A stretch of DNA of 63,395 bases, the filler included, from Octopus bimaculoides (Eukaryota), in the NCBI RefSeq assembly GCF_001194135.2. It is 4 parts of 4 records of this genome, joined end to end, with 100 filler letters (N's around TTAATTAATTAA, not from the genome) between each part and the next. Parts side by side here need not be neighbours in the genome. Positions count along the whole stretch, not along the records: positions 1 to 31,107 come from NC_068997.1; positions 31,208 to 58,954 come from NC_068998.1; 2 more parts are not named here. One strand, given 5' to 3'. The position numbers and the translations under genes were made by a program. Position 1 is the first letter of the stretch. Every line of letters begins with the position of its first letter. This document shows, one piece after another, positions 26,611 to 39,805 of the stretch. The notes under the pieces were generated by a model. The model saw nothing but the letters and a program-made list of their open reading frames with translations, searched no databases and was not told the origin of the DNA.

Positions 26611-29199
26611 GGCGAGAAAGAGAGCTTTAAATAGAGAAAAAGAAAGAGAAATGAGAGGGCGAAAGAGAGAGGCAGATCTGTTTCCCTATCTCTAACGTAT
26701 TTACTATATGCGTGATTTGTCTGCGTGGTTCAAAGGTTGATATGAGTTAACATTTCTCTATTCCACTTGCTGAAATTAACTTAACCAGACACTAGCTGCC
26801 TTTGACCCAATGCTAAGGATAGAAACACAACAAAAACTAAGACAACAACAACAACAACAACAACGGCGAATACAACAACAACAACAACTACAAAGTCTTT
26901 AGATCACTGTCGCTGGGAAAGACATGTAAGATAAGAGAAACGCCATGGCATACATATTGGAAATTTCAATAACATTCATCTCAGCCAAGTTACAAGTAGA
27001 TTGCTAAAAGAAACACCATAGTAAACGAACATAGACGAAGCTGTGGTCAAGACAAGAATCAGACTATTACATCAAATGCTGTCACCTCCACCTCTCCTTT
27101 CTCAACCTTTTCAATCATCACAGTAACAATGATACACTCACGTTCTTAGCTCTGTGGGCAAGTAATGTATCACGTTCATTATTTAATTTTGACCCAGTTA
27201 CATATATGTATGTCTCTGTATGTGCGTGAAAGTGATCATGCATAGGTATATATATATATATATATATATATATNNNNNNNNNNNNNNNNNNNNNNNNNNN
27301 NNNNNNNNNNNNNNNNNNNNNNNNNNNNNNNNNNNNNNNNNNNNNNNNNNNNNNNNNNNNNNNNNNNNNNNNNNNNNNNNNNNNNNNNNNNNNNNNNNNN
27401 NNNNNNNNNNNNNNNNNNNNNNNNNNNNNNNNNNNNNNNNNNNNNNNNNNNNNNNNNNNNNNNNNNNNNNNNNNNNNNNNNNNNNNNNNNNNNNNNNNNN
27501 NNNNNNNNNNNNNNNNNNNNNNNNNNNNNNNNNNNNNNNNNNNNNNNNNNNNNNNNNNNNNNNNNNNNNNNNNNNNNNNNNNNNNNNNNNNNNNNNNNNN
27601 NNNNNNNNNNNNNNNNNNNNNNNNNNNNNNNNNNTATATATATAATTATTCATACTAATACGTACATACATATAAACATATATAATAAACTTCAGAAACA
27701 AGGAAAACATATGTAATTTGAAAGAAGGACATTGAATTGTGATTGAAACATGCCCACCACAGTACAGTTGCCAGGTATGAAAATTAGGTGAAGCTTCATA
27801 GAAACTCAAATATCCGTTTTATTATGAGCAGGCCCGTAACTAAACATTGTGTCGACAACAAACACAACCATACTATTATCAAAATTATCGATACAAGAAA
27901 TTAATTGGATATATATAAAAAAAATTGCATTGTAAATCAGAAATCTATGGCAGTGCTCGATAAAGCTAATGTTTATAGCATTAAAATGTAACTTCATCTC
28001 TCAATTAAAGGAGGTATATTGCTGGAGCATGTAATGTTTCTGCAAACTGGCTCACTTTGTAGAATGAACAGCCAGAATTAAGTGAAGGACTTCTGTTTCT
28101 TTTAATCGGGTGGAAATATACACTAGACTATCATAATGGAATTGGAATAAACATAAGATACGCCAACAGCGAATTTAGACATCTGGTTGGGGCCATACTA
28201 GCGCACAAAAATAAGGTCTATTGGAACCTTACATTTGGTATTTGGTGTACATAGTAATTCGAAATATATTGTGTTTGTTTTTGTTTTGCTTCAAATTATA
28301 TTTATCGCGAATGTCCTCGTGAGATATCTGTAAGTGTCAAAATGTCTTTCATGTATTTCAGTTTCACCTAGCGAATTGTGAAATTGAAATAAAGAGCATA
28401 NNNNNNNNNNNNNNNNNNNNNNNNNNNNNNNNNNNNNNNNNNNNNNNNNNNNNNNNNNNNNNNNNNNNNNNNNNNNNNNNNNNNNNNNNNNNNNNNNNNN
28501 NNNNNNNNNNNNNNNNNNNNNNNNNNNNNNNNNNNNNNNNNNNNNNNNNNNNNNNNNNNNNNNNNNNNNNNNNNNNNNNNNNNNNNNNNNNNNNNNNNNN
28601 NNNNNNNNNNNNNNNNNNNNNNNNNNNNNNNNNNNNNNNNNNNNNNNNNNNNNNNNNNNNNNNNNNNNNNNNNNNNNNNNNNNNNNNNNNNNNNNNNNNN
28701 NNNNNNNNNNNNNNNNNNNNNNNNNNNNNNNNNNNNNNNNNNNNNNNNNNNNNNNNNNNNNNNNNNNNNNNNNNNNNNNNNNNNNNNNNNNNNNNNNNNN
28801 NNNNNNNNNNNNNNNNNNNNNNNNNNNNNNNNNNNNNNNNNNNNNNNNNNNNNNNNNNNNNNNNNNNNNNNNNNNNNNNNNNNNNNNNNNNNNNNNNNNN
28901 NNNNNNNNNNNNNNNNNNNNNNNNNNNNNNNNNNNNNNNNNNNNNNNNNNNNNNNNNNNNNNNNNNNNNNNNNNNNNNNNNNNNNNNNNNNNNNNNNNNN
29001 NNNNNNNNNNNNNNNNNNNNNNNNNNNNNNNNNNNNNNNNNNNNNNNNNNNNNNNNNNNNNNNNNNNNNTATATATATATATATTATGTATATATGTAGG
29101 TAGGTAGGTAGATAGAAAAATCTAGTTATTTCGTACGTAGGTTGGTAGGTAGGAAGGTAGGTAGGTGGATGGGTAGGTATATGCATGGATATGGGCATG

Positions 29200-29342
29200 G
29201 GTGTGTGGTAAAATGTTTGCTTCTCAACCATATGGCTCCGTCTCCAGTCCAGCTGCGTGACACCTTGGGCAAGTATTTTCTAATATAACCTCAGGCCGAC
29301 CAAAACCTTGTAGTTGGAAACTGAAAGAAGCCCGTCGTATGA
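29200..29342 (+). mobile_element. SINE family B 5' part
   Basis: ctgcgtgacaccttgggcaagtattttctaatataacctcaggccgaccaaaaccttg...ggaaactgaaagaagcccgtcgtat. Confidence 0.7.
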
Positions 29343-30555
29343 GTGTGTGCTTGTGTGTATGTGTTTGTGCGAGTGTATGTGTGTGGGTGTGGGTGTGTAC
29401 ATTTTCAGACTAAAATTTGGCTCCATTTTCAGTCAATTCGCTTATCTTTGTGGCTTCCGCATTGACTGAAATGTTTATCGTTTTAGTTTACATGATTGTC
29501 TTAATTAACCACTTCTTAATTTTTTTACAGTTGTTAAAATAGGGTTTGCTGTTATTTAAGATGGTATTGACTACATCGAGCAAGATTTCAATGTTATATT
29601 ATCGAGCTTTGCATAAAATTACGTTAAAAATTATGTGGTATTTTTGCACCCAGGAAGTTATTTGCAAAACGGCCAAAAATCTGGTTATTTCGTTCTATTT
29701 AGTATACGATGCTTTCTGCCAGCTGTTCCCTACTTGCAAAACTGACTGCACTCGCTGCAGGTTTTGTTGTTATTACGGCTGCATTTTAAATATACAAAAT
29801 TTCTACTGTTATTGATGTTGTTACTGTAGTTATTACTGATTGTATATACATATATATGTGTCATTTTTTTTTATGTACTCAGTTTCTCTATTGTATGGTG
29901 GCGTTCATGAAACCGTCTGAAGCTAGCATCATCTGTGTCGAATGGTGCTATATTCGAATATATATACATATACATACGCACACACACATACATGCGCATA
30001 TAAAAGCATAGTTATATAATCATATATGTATATATATGCATAAAACGTATATATACTACCTAAAACATATATACCTATGTGTGTACGTGCGTGTGTGAAC
30101 AAGAATAAACATGAACAATGAATGAGAAAAAATATATTATGGTAGAGAGTGTCAGTTCTTTTTTTATGCTTATGTGTGTATATGTGTGTACCTCTATGTA
30201 AACACATAACTATTATGCGTGTGGATGTTTGTGTATTTCGTTTCATTTCTTTCTGTGGCATTATACAAAGGTTAGTGCTGCATAAAGTCATAAAAAGCAC
30301 CACAACTACCTCAGCCTTTTTGTTAGGATCTGAAGATTTTATTTCAAATACATACACAAGTCTCAAAGACAGTGTTGCTTTTAACTGTTGAATTGGTACG
30401 ATGCTATCATGGAATTTTTACATTTCATATTTTTATACTTAGATATTTACGTACGTTCATACATATATGTATATATGTATACATCAGTATAGGTATATAG
30501 GTGTATATATGTATATAGATATATACATATATGTATATTTATATATCTACATATT

Positions 30556-30603
<48 letters not shown>

Positions 30604-31107
30604 CAGGTATCTGTGTACTTTTTCATACTTTTTGTTCGTTATTTTTGTGTTATGTACGACTATGAGTGTTTGTATAAATATAAATGCAATTGTGTTACTC
30701 TATGTGTCTGTGAGTGTGATTAGACAAGGGGGTAGTTTTGCAAGTGCGATAGTGTGTATGTGAATACGCTTTCTCAGACAGGCATTCAAAGCCAGATTTT
30801 AAAAGTTTATACCCATTTTTTTTTTCCTTTTTATTTGTCCTATGTTTGCTGATAAAGAATTTAGCTTCGGTTCATTGTAATATAGAACTAAGCGATTTCA
30901 GTACATCACATGCATATATGTTTTCATATAAATATTTACGTGTGTGTTAGGTTTATATATATACATATATATATATATACATATACACATATATATATGT
31001 GTGTGTAGATATACATGTATATTTACGTATATATTTATTTCTGTGAGCGTATATATATAGATATATGTTTAAAATATATACATACGTATATATATATATA
31101 TATATAT

Positions 31108-31207
31108 NNNNNNNNNNNNNNNNNNNNNNNNNNNNNNNNNNNNNNNNNNNNTTAATTAATTAANNNNNNNNNNNNNNNNNNNNNNNNNNNNNNNNNNNNN
31201 NNNNNNN
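31108..31207. other. Synthetic 100-bp scaffold spacer (44N-TTAATTAATTAA-44N)
   Basis: An identical structure occurs three times, and the 12-mer puts stops in all six frames. Confidence 0.95.
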
Positions 31208-31668
31208 CGTAGGCCCCGGTCCAAAAGTCCTCCGGAAAAGACTAGTTAATTGATCTTTCCCGACGCCTAGAGTTCGATATAAACTATATGAGCACAGAAG
31301 TGCAGTTAGCCGAGCATGTCCGAGATGCGCGGAGGACGACGAGACTGTCCTCCATGCACTCGTCCAGTGCCCGAGCATTGCTGACTTGTGGGTTTATGTC
31401 GAACACCTACTGTCGCGTGTGGGAAGGACCTGGCTGTCAACTGAAAGGGAAAAAGGCACTTGCCCCAAAAGTCAGGGTACCCATTGTTTTTATGAGTTTT
31501 TTTTTTCCAAGAGCAACCCTTGAATGTCTCTTCTATTGTGGATTACACATTGCTAAATTTTATATATATATATATAATTTTGTTTGTCTACACGCAAGAC
31601 CCTCACAAGAATACACACTCACACACGTACACATACATACATTCTTTGTTTTTGTCCTGTACTGTCCA

Positions 31669-31670
<2 letters not shown>
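31208..31670 (+). mobile_element. Tx1/L1-like LINE 3' fragment (zf-RVT zinc knuckle + 3'UTR, internally deleted)
   Basis: Frame from 31272 reads VRYKLYEHRSAVSRACPRCAEDDETVLHALVQCPSIADLWVYVEHLLSRVG (CxxC..H..C zf-RVT pattern). From about 31450 it switches to a 3'UTR homologous to the minus-strand copy at 33585-33812. Confidence 0.75.
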
Positions 31671-31722
<52 letters not shown>

Positions 31723-32469
31723 GCCTGCAGCTGCTGTCAATCATGGGTCTCCACAGCCCACCCTTTCTCTACTTAGCGCTTTGACGTTGTTTCTTGTAGT
31801 CAGTAGAGTAAGACCAACGAGTGTCTTCTCTATCTGTCTATTTCTTCTACACCTTCCTTCCTGCTTTATTGAGCCACACTGAAATTATGATGAACAATTT
31901 ATGTATTGAACGTTAATAAGAATTGCTATCTCCCCTTTCATTTAAATTGCTGTTTTAATCATCTTCATCATTAATAGATAGAGCAAAGGTTTAAAGGTGG
32001 AAGCTCTCACCGCGAAAACTGTCTGGGAAAATGATAAAGATACCATATTTTATGACATGCCTGTAAATACAGATAAAGAAAATATAAGGAAACCGCTCAA
32101 ATATCATTAGAACGGAGAATGATGATGGCAGGATATAGGAAGAAAAATACGTGATGATGATGAAGAATAAGGAAAATAACAACAAATAAAGACAAGAAAG
32201 AGGAACGAATTGCACTGATAGAAATTTTAATCTTTCCACGCCAAAAAACATTGCTGCCAGTGAGATTTTGAAGTTATCTATAGAAACAAAACAGGTAAAG
32301 AGAAAAAAATGTGAAGAAAAATAAGAGAGGACCTTGAGATATAAATGAACAAGATGTCGGTGATGAAAACATGAACAGACCTAATTATATATGGTGCACT
32401 GGGTTTCATATAACAAAACATGAATAGAAATTATAGAATAAGTAAATACATAAATAAATGGATAAATAA

Positions 32470-32810
<341 letters not shown>

Positions 32811-32832
32811 TTAATAATAATTATGATGATTA

Positions 32833-33223
32833 AATTGCGCCGAGGCTAACTTTGTCTTTTCATCTTTTCGAAGTCGGTAAAATAAGTACCAGTTGAGTAC
32901 TGGGGACGATTTAATCGACTTACTCTCTCCCTGAAATTTCTGGCCTTGTGCCAAGATTTGAAACCAATAAGTATGATGATTTTTTTTAACATAGGCACAA
33001 GACCATGTATTTTTGCCGAGAGGCAACCGTCGATTATGCATGAATCTCCGGTACATAAATGCTACTTTAATTTATAGACCTCGGAAGGATAAGAGGTAAG
33101 GTTGATCTGGTTGGGACTGCACGTAAATGAATATCGCGAAATACTTTGCTCGATGCTCTCGTCATTCTGCTAATCCACCAACTTACTAACCATAACAGCA
33201 GCAACAACAGCAACATCAACAGC

Positions 33224-33279
<56 letters not shown>

Positions 33280-33440
33280 TAATAATAATAATAATCCTTT
33301 CTACTGGAAGCACAAGGCCTCAAATTTGTGGGGAGGGAACTAGTCGATTATTTGGACCCCAGTGTTTCACTAGTAATTAATATATCGATCTTCAAAGGAT
33401 GAATGGTCAAATCGACCACAGAATTCGAACCCACAACGTA
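32833..33440. mobile_element. Cluster of SINE family A copies: 32833-32968 (+), about 32985-33180 (-), 33293-33440 (-)
   Basis: Shared aataagtaccag / gtcgatt..gacccc / ggccttgtgcc motifs in both orientations, separated by trinucleotide arrays. Confidence 0.65.
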
Positions 33441-33470
33441 ATAATAATGATGATAATGATGATGATGATG

Positions 33471-33528
<58 letters not shown>

Positions 33529-33545
33529 TGATGATGATGATGATG

Positions 33546-33616
33546 ATTTATTTATTCACCGCAAGGGTTTACAGGAAGAAAAGCATTATGGACAGCACAG
33601 AACAAAACAAACAAAA

Positions 33617-33650
<34 letters not shown>

Positions 33651-34030
33651 TGAGGGTTTTGCGTGTAAACAAGACTAATAAAATTAAGTAAAAAAAAAAG
33701 AGTGATTAACAATGTATTATCCTCAATAGGGAGGAGACGTTCGAGGGCTGCTCATGGAAAAATTCCAAAAAAAGCAATGGGTGCCCTGACATTTGGGGCA
33801 GGTGCTTTTTTTCGGTTTCTTTGCCAACTATAGGTATATGCTGAGGGCAGGCCCGTTCATTCGTACCATTCTCGCCACTTTCATCTACCTTTCAGCAAAC
33901 TGACAAGAAGACAACACTTCCTTCTCTACCCTTAATTTCCTTTTCAAGTGAAAGTTGAAGAAATTCATCGGGGATTGGCTAAAGAGAAAAGTGTTTGTCT
34001 TCATTCCCTTCGATCTCGTCCACCACACAT
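33546..34030 (-). mobile_element. Tx1/L1-like LINE 3' end (ORF2 C-terminus, 3'UTR, AATAAA, (ATC)n/(ATT)n tail)
   Basis: Minus frame VWWTRSKGMKTNTFLFSQSPMNFFNFHLKRKLRVEKEVLSSCQFAER*MKVARMVRMNGPALSIYL* (stop 33828-33830). The 3'UTR matches 31450-31670 and ends gcggtgaataaataaat followed by a trinucleotide tail. Confidence 0.7.
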
Positions 34031-34033
34031 CTT

Positions 34034-34270
34034 AATCCTTTCTACTGAAGGCACAAGGCCCTGAAATTCTGGGGGAGGGGACTAGTCGATTACATCGACC
34101 CCAGTGTTTCACTGTTATTTAGTTTATCGACCCCGAAAGAATAATAAATAGTTTCAAATTCTGGCACAGCGCCAGCATTTTTTGAAGGGAGGGGGACAAG
34201 TCGATTACACCTACCCCGGTACTGGACGGGTACAATAGGACCCCAAAAGGATGAACAGCAAAGTCCATTT
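34034..34270 (-). mobile_element. Two tandem SINE family A 3' halves
   Basis: aatcctttctactgaaggcacaaggcc...gtcgattacatcgaccccagt...tttatcgaccccgaaag, followed by a second diverged copy. Confidence 0.65.
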
Positions 34271-34543
34271 GTTTAAGACACTTCTCAATCTGGTTTTGCG
34301 TTGTTTGCTTCATTTTTCTGAACTTCGGTCTTATACATCTATAAATAATCCTTTTTTCTGTGGGAACTTTTTATATTTGTGGTGGTATGCTTAAGGATAC
34401 TGTTCTTCAATCTGGGTTAGGAAAATCTTTTGGTACTTTTCAAATCCTGCGGCGATAAAAAATTGATTCTCACATTCGAACCGCGTAAGCGAAACCATTA
34501 ATTGCAGTGTTGGTGTTATTAATGATGTTAGTGTTAATGCTAG

Positions 34544-34678
34544 TGGCCTACCGACACGGTTCAACGATGTTCCATGTACGACCTTCCTTTCAACAACTTC
34601 GACCGGTTGTGGTTTGAGAGCCAGTACGTAGAGAGAATGAGAGAGGACAACCTTGACGGAGTGTGCGCATTCCAAGAG
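34544..34678 (+). CDS. Candidate symmetric coding exon (45 aa), product unknown
   Basis: gctag|...GAG|gtgata. Reads WPTDTVQRCSMYDLPFNNFDRLWFESQYVERMREDNLDGVCAFQE. Complex, protein-like composition, but only moderate splice signals. Confidence 0.3.
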
Positions 34679-35624
34679 GTGATAATTTATTTTGAATATC
34701 GAGCAAATCCTGTTGTTTATTGCAGCGACATACCCTCTAAAGACGAGCCGAAGCTGATTGTCTTGTATCTGGTTAGGTTAACAACAAAACGTATAACAAA
34801 AATTCTCAAATATCTTTAAATAGACAAGTAACGGACTTACGGACAGCTTTCGAGTACGTGTTGTTCGTACAGAGATGCTGCTGCTACTACTGCTGCTGCT
34901 GATGATGATGAGTTTCTAGCCGTGGCCATCTCGCCATTTTAAGAGTATGTGTAGGACTACATTATCCATTGTTTATTTATTCATTTTTGTTTCTTTTTAT
35001 TTAAGTTGATAAGGAGCAAGACGGAGATTTGGTTGCTATTTCCAGCAAGCCGAAAAACCCCGCAGTTTCACATTGGCTTATTTGAGCAGTACAGTGTAAC
35101 ATGTTGGTCAAAGTGTTAACAAGACAGGTATCACTTTGGAATTTTTCCAACCTGATAACGTTACACCTCCTCATTGCATATCCTTCTTTTGTGTATATGT
35201 ATTAAATGGTTTCTCATTTCCTCGTGCCATGGTTGACGTATCTGTTTATTATTAGAGCCACCTTACAAATTGCAGTTAATATTTAGGGAATTCACATTAT
35301 GTAAGGCTTTCTGATCAATCTCTGTCATACATAAATCTCTTCTTCATCTGCAATGGTAATTGTTGGCTTTTTTTAACATCATTTCTTTCTCATCTGAAAT
35401 AATGAAAATTTTTCTGTGAATCCTTTTATTTTGTGTAATGATCGAGGCAGAGGCTTTTTCCTTTTTACTGTTGAGAGCAAGTTTATTATGCAATAACACA
35501 TTCGAAGGTTGAATGATTCTTCATAACGAGAAATTATATTTGTTTCTCTGTTTATGGTTGCTGTTGCTGCTGCTGCTGTCATTGCCGTGGTTTAGCTCCA
35601 AGTAGACTCTGACCAAGCAACTCT

Positions 35625-36025
35625 ATGACCTAAGATATTACAGTTGCGATTATCATATACACTTCTTTTTAAGGAATACGTTGTTCTGGGTTCAGTCACA
35701 CTGCGTGGAACCTTGAGCAGTCCCGGGCCGACCAATGCTTTGTGGGTAGTTTTCATTGGCAGCAACTGAAAGAAGCCTGTTGTATATATGTATATATCTA
35801 TGTATGTGTATCTCTGTTTTTTACCCCTACCATCGCTTGGCAACCGGTGCTGATTTGTTTTCGTTCACATAACTTAGTGGTTCAGCAACAAACGACCAAT
35901 AGAATAAGGACCCGACTTTAAAAATGTAAGTTCTGGGGTCGAGTTGTTCAACTAAACCCTTCAAGGTAGTGCCCTAGCATGGCTGAAGTCCACTGACTGA
36001 AACAAGCAAAAGTTAAATGATAAAA
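35625..36025 (+). mobile_element. SINE family B, near full length
   Basis: gggttcagtcacactgcgtggaaccttgagcag..gggccgaccaatgctttgtg...ccatcgcttggcaaccgg...aacttagtggttc...gactgaaacaag. Confidence 0.7.
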
Positions 36026-36889
36026 GATAGATGATAAATAATGTAACTTGAGCTATATTTCACACTCTATCCTTCCTTTCTTTTTAAAGACGACAACGCG
36101 AGTCTTGAGAAAGGGAGATTTGGCTATTGCAACGTCAGCTCTTGAATTCCACAGAGTTTTAGTGACGAGAAAAAGCGATTTTGTTCTTGAGTGATAAGTT
36201 ACTCTAGGCGTTGCAAAGAATCTGCAGTGCCTAGAGTACTTTCCAGTGAACTTTCAACACGATTGTTGTCCGTGAGCAGAAACTGTTATTTCCTATTTGC
36301 TTACCCCTAGAAAGTATGAAAAATGGCTAATATTTTCTTCAAACTTTGGTTTTGTTACGATACTTATTCAAACCCCAAAGAATCCCTTTCAACACATGGC
36401 TATGATACCACCACCTCCCACTATTTCTGTTCCTGATCAGAGATGCACATATTGCCAGCCACTAAGGAATATGCTCAAGTAGTTACGATCAAGCAACTGA
36501 CAACTAAATTTGTGGTGTTGAGCAGAATACTTGCTATAAGGATATTTCTGCTTCAACAACTCAGTGCTGAGTTTGAAATGTAATGGAAAATAGGTCAGTT
36601 TCAAAACATTGATGTCTAGGTCATAAAAGCAAAGTCTGAAGGAAATAGTAGTCATTTCCTTTGATTTCTAGATAGAAGTAAATAGGAAATAACACTGACC
36701 AAAGACAAAAAACAAAAAGTAATAATTAAATAAAAACTTCGTTACACAGTGCTATGGACAACAATAAATCATTGGCTTAGTATTACTATCAATAAGCATT
36801 ATTGGTCCGTGGTCAATTCTGGAGCCACGGATGTGCAACCAGCTGAAACTTCTATGGCTGTGGAGTTTATTTCAAACCAACAGAAACTA

Positions 36890-37225
36890 AGAGCTGCGAA
36901 TCTTTTCTTCATGCACTCGTTCAATGCGCGAAAGTTGTTGATTTGAACAACTTTTGCTATGAGTAGGACAGATTCGGCTTTCAACCGAATTCATCAGGGT
37001 CAACTTGTTAGCTTTCTCTCGTTTTTGGTGTCAGTGCAAAAAAGTGAGCGTAATGGAAAAGAATTAAAGGGCTGAGAACAGAAAATTTCTTCTTTACCGT
37101 CTTTTTGGAATACCACATGAAAAGGAGGCTAGAAGTGGAAAAGAAATTGCTTCTCTCCAGTAAATTTTCTGAAAGCTGAGGGAATGTAAAGAACATGATT
37201 TGTATCAATGGCTCTATTCTCGGCA
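36890..37225 (+). mobile_element. Older Tx1/L1-like LINE ORF2 C-terminal fragment
   Basis: FLHALVQCAKVVDL parallels VLHALVQCPSIADL at 31.3 kb. WKRIKGLRTENFF...EYHMKRRLEVEKKLLLSSKFSES*GNVKNMICING parallels the 33.9 kb C-terminus. Multiple stops and frameshifts. Confidence 0.6.
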
Positions 37226-37419
37226 TACAATTTCCTGCAGGCCGGATACCACAACTGGAGAAGGCCTTTGGTAATCAGTTAACTCAAGATATATTGGATT
37301 CTCTGATTGGTATTAGTCTCGCTTCAATAAATGAGGTTTCCGTTTTGCTTTTTGTTTTATTTTATGCCTGGTTTTCATTCTCTGCAATTCATTTTAGCGA
37401 AGTTTCCTCATTCTTTGCC

Positions 37420-38126
37420 CATATTAGGACGCAGGACAAACTGTTTAGCGGCATTTCTTCTGGCTTAACGTTCTGCGTTCAAATTCTTCCAAGGTCAGCT
37501 TTGCATTTCATCCTTTTGAGGTCGATGAAATAAGTAGTAGTAAAGTACTGGGGTCAATATCATCCGCAAAATTTCAGGCCATGTGCCTATAGTAGAAAGG
37601 ATTATTATCATTGTTGTTGTTGTTGTTGTTGTTGTTGTCGTCGTCGTCGTTGAGAGCTGGTACAGAACCGTTACTACGTCGGACAAAACGGGCAAAATTT
37701 CTTCCTGATTTATGTTCTGTGTTCAAATTCTGCCAAGGTCAACTTTGTCTTCCACCCTTTCAAAATCAGTAAAATAAGAACAAGCTGAACACTGATCGAT
37801 AAAATTGAGAAGGCTTTCCTCGAAATCTCAGGTCTTGAGAAACAATTATTATTGATGTTGATGTTGTTTTTATTGTTATTACTGTTGTTGTTGTTACTAT
37901 CGTTATTATTCAACTAATCCTCCTCCCTCGAAATTGCTGGTTTTTTTACTAAATCAGAAATAGTTATTAAGGAGACATAGCGGGCAGGATCGTTAGCGCG
38001 CCGGACAAAAAGTTTAGCGGTATTTCCTTACTTTCTAAGTTCAAATCCCGCCAAGGTCAATTCTGCTTTACACCTCTTCGTCGATAAAATAAAAACCAGT
38101 TTAACACTAGGGTTCAATGTGATACG
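37420..38126 (+). mobile_element. Head-to-tail train of three SINE family A copies
   Basis: Copies at about 37420-37605, 37652-37850 and 37969-38126, each with gttcaaat(t/c)c..caaggtca, separated by (GTT)n/(GTC)n. Confidence 0.7.
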
Positions 38127-38432
38127 CTAAAGCCTTCCCACTAAAACTAGTAATAGTAGTAGTTCAGTTAATGTTATTTCAGTGTTACAAAAGTTCTGCC
38201 GACTTCCATGAAGAAGGCACAACAAACTTCGTGTGAATGCAAATAGAAATGCTATGAAACACGATATAGTCTTAATCAAGATCGTTAATAACCTTGTAAT
38301 TTGTTTTAACAAGGGCCCCATCGAAGTTGCCAGTTTTTACTATAACAACAACTGCAACAGAAAGTGTTTTACGAACAATCATTTCAGTCATTTAAAATTT
38401 CAGCATCGTGATTGGTTGTTCATGTGTCTTAC

Positions 38433-38555
38433 CTGAAGTTCCCAAAAGTCGGCCGCTTAAATCATTAAAGTAAACAGCCCTTATGTTGCCTGCTGGGTTA
38501 CAAGACCAGTAATGCTTTAGCTGTTTCTTCAAAAACATCTGTGAGTGCATTATTA
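38433..38555 (-). CDS. Candidate coding exon (phase 1/1 or first coding exon), product unknown
   Basis: ctgcag|...CAG|gtaaga. Open frame IMHSQMFLKKQLKHYWSCNPAGNIRAVYFNDLSGRLLGTS. Strong donor, weak acceptor. Confidence 0.28.
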
Positions 38556-38881
38556 CTGCAGGAATCTTCTCGAGAACTTACCATTCTTGTTGGTAAGTCA
38601 CTTAAAAGTAGGGAATGTTACTAGATACAAAGGGCAGAGGGAGGGCACAGACGCGAGCTGTTTACTGATTCAAGTTTCATCTAATCGGCAGCTGTTTATG
38701 TTGCATTAACCGACGCCCACCCAATAAACATTACTTGGATGCCTAATTGATGATATAGTGTACGACGTTGAATACTATAGAGTAGAAGTGAGGTCTGGAC
38801 ATGTAAAATCAGTTGCTCAGTTTCAATTCCCGATTGTAGCACTTCCATTTCAATAGTCGTTAATACTCTCAAGAGGGCATA

Positions 38882-38905
38882 ATAGATAGAAAGATAGATA
38901 GATAA

Positions 38906-38965
<60 letters not shown>

Positions 38966-39003
38966 TCAGACAAACACAGAGAGAGACAGACAGACAAACA
39001 GAC

Positions 39004-39065
<62 letters not shown>

Positions 39066-39072
39066 ATAGATA
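38882..39072. repeat. (TAGA)n/(CAGA)n tetranucleotide array; similar arrays at 41001-41243
   Basis: Directly visible. Confidence 0.95.
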
Positions 39073-39520
39073 CTATAGTTATTCAAGTGTAGGTTGCATC
39101 AGTCATCTCTGAAGGTCTGAAATTCAAAGCGATGGATCAGAGAGATAGAAAGAAAACTATTCCTATCCAACCAAATTCAACTGACTAAACACTTCATTTG
39201 ACACTCTGCATAATCATATCTGAAATATTCTACAATATTCTGGAATAAAATGTAATAAATCAAATTTATTAAAGGTATCAGGTGTAATAGGAAGAGCTAC
39301 GCAAGAACTACGTCATTGACATAAACATGAATAAGAGAAATGCGTAATTCGTACAACACAGACAATAATCGAAAGTTATTTTCGTCTCACAAGACATAAA
39401 GTCGACAACTATAAATATTGTACAACAGTCGTCACCAATGACTAAAGTGAATTCGAAATATGTGCGTTAAAGCAAATTATCGAAAATATAGTGAATGCAT
39501 GTGATTCTATTATTGTAGCT

Positions 39521-39580
<60 letters not shown>

Positions 39581-39594
39581 GTGTGTGTGTGTGT

Positions 39595-39805
39595 CATTGT
39601 GTCTGTCTCCCACTACCGCTTGACCAGTGTTGGTCTGTTTACGTCCCCGTAACTTAGTTCGACAAAAGTGACCGATAAAATAAGTACTAGGCTTAAAAAG
39701 ACTTAAGTCCTGCGGTCGATTTTTTCGACAAAATGCCTTCAAGGCAGTACCACAGCATGGCCACAGTCAAATGACCGAAACAAGTAACAGATAAAAGATA
39801 AAATA
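39595..39805 (+). mobile_element. SINE family B 3' half
   Basis: cactaccgcttgaccagtgttggtctgtttacgtccccgtaacttag...aataagtactaggctt...catggccacagtcaaatgaccgaaacaagtaa. Confidence 0.7.

Noticed and set aside
34501-34617. Hydrophobic frame VLVLLMMLVLMLVAYRHG resembling a signal anchor
   Set aside because: It derives from degenerate GTT/TAA-type low complexity and is bounded by stops.
36975-37002. Minus-strand CUGAUGA followed by a perfect 6-bp stem (AUUCGG/CCGAAU)
   Set aside because: No GAAA follows stem II, and it lies inside a LINE fragment. The CUGAUGAGUCC near 40310-40320 (-) likewise lacks the partner half.
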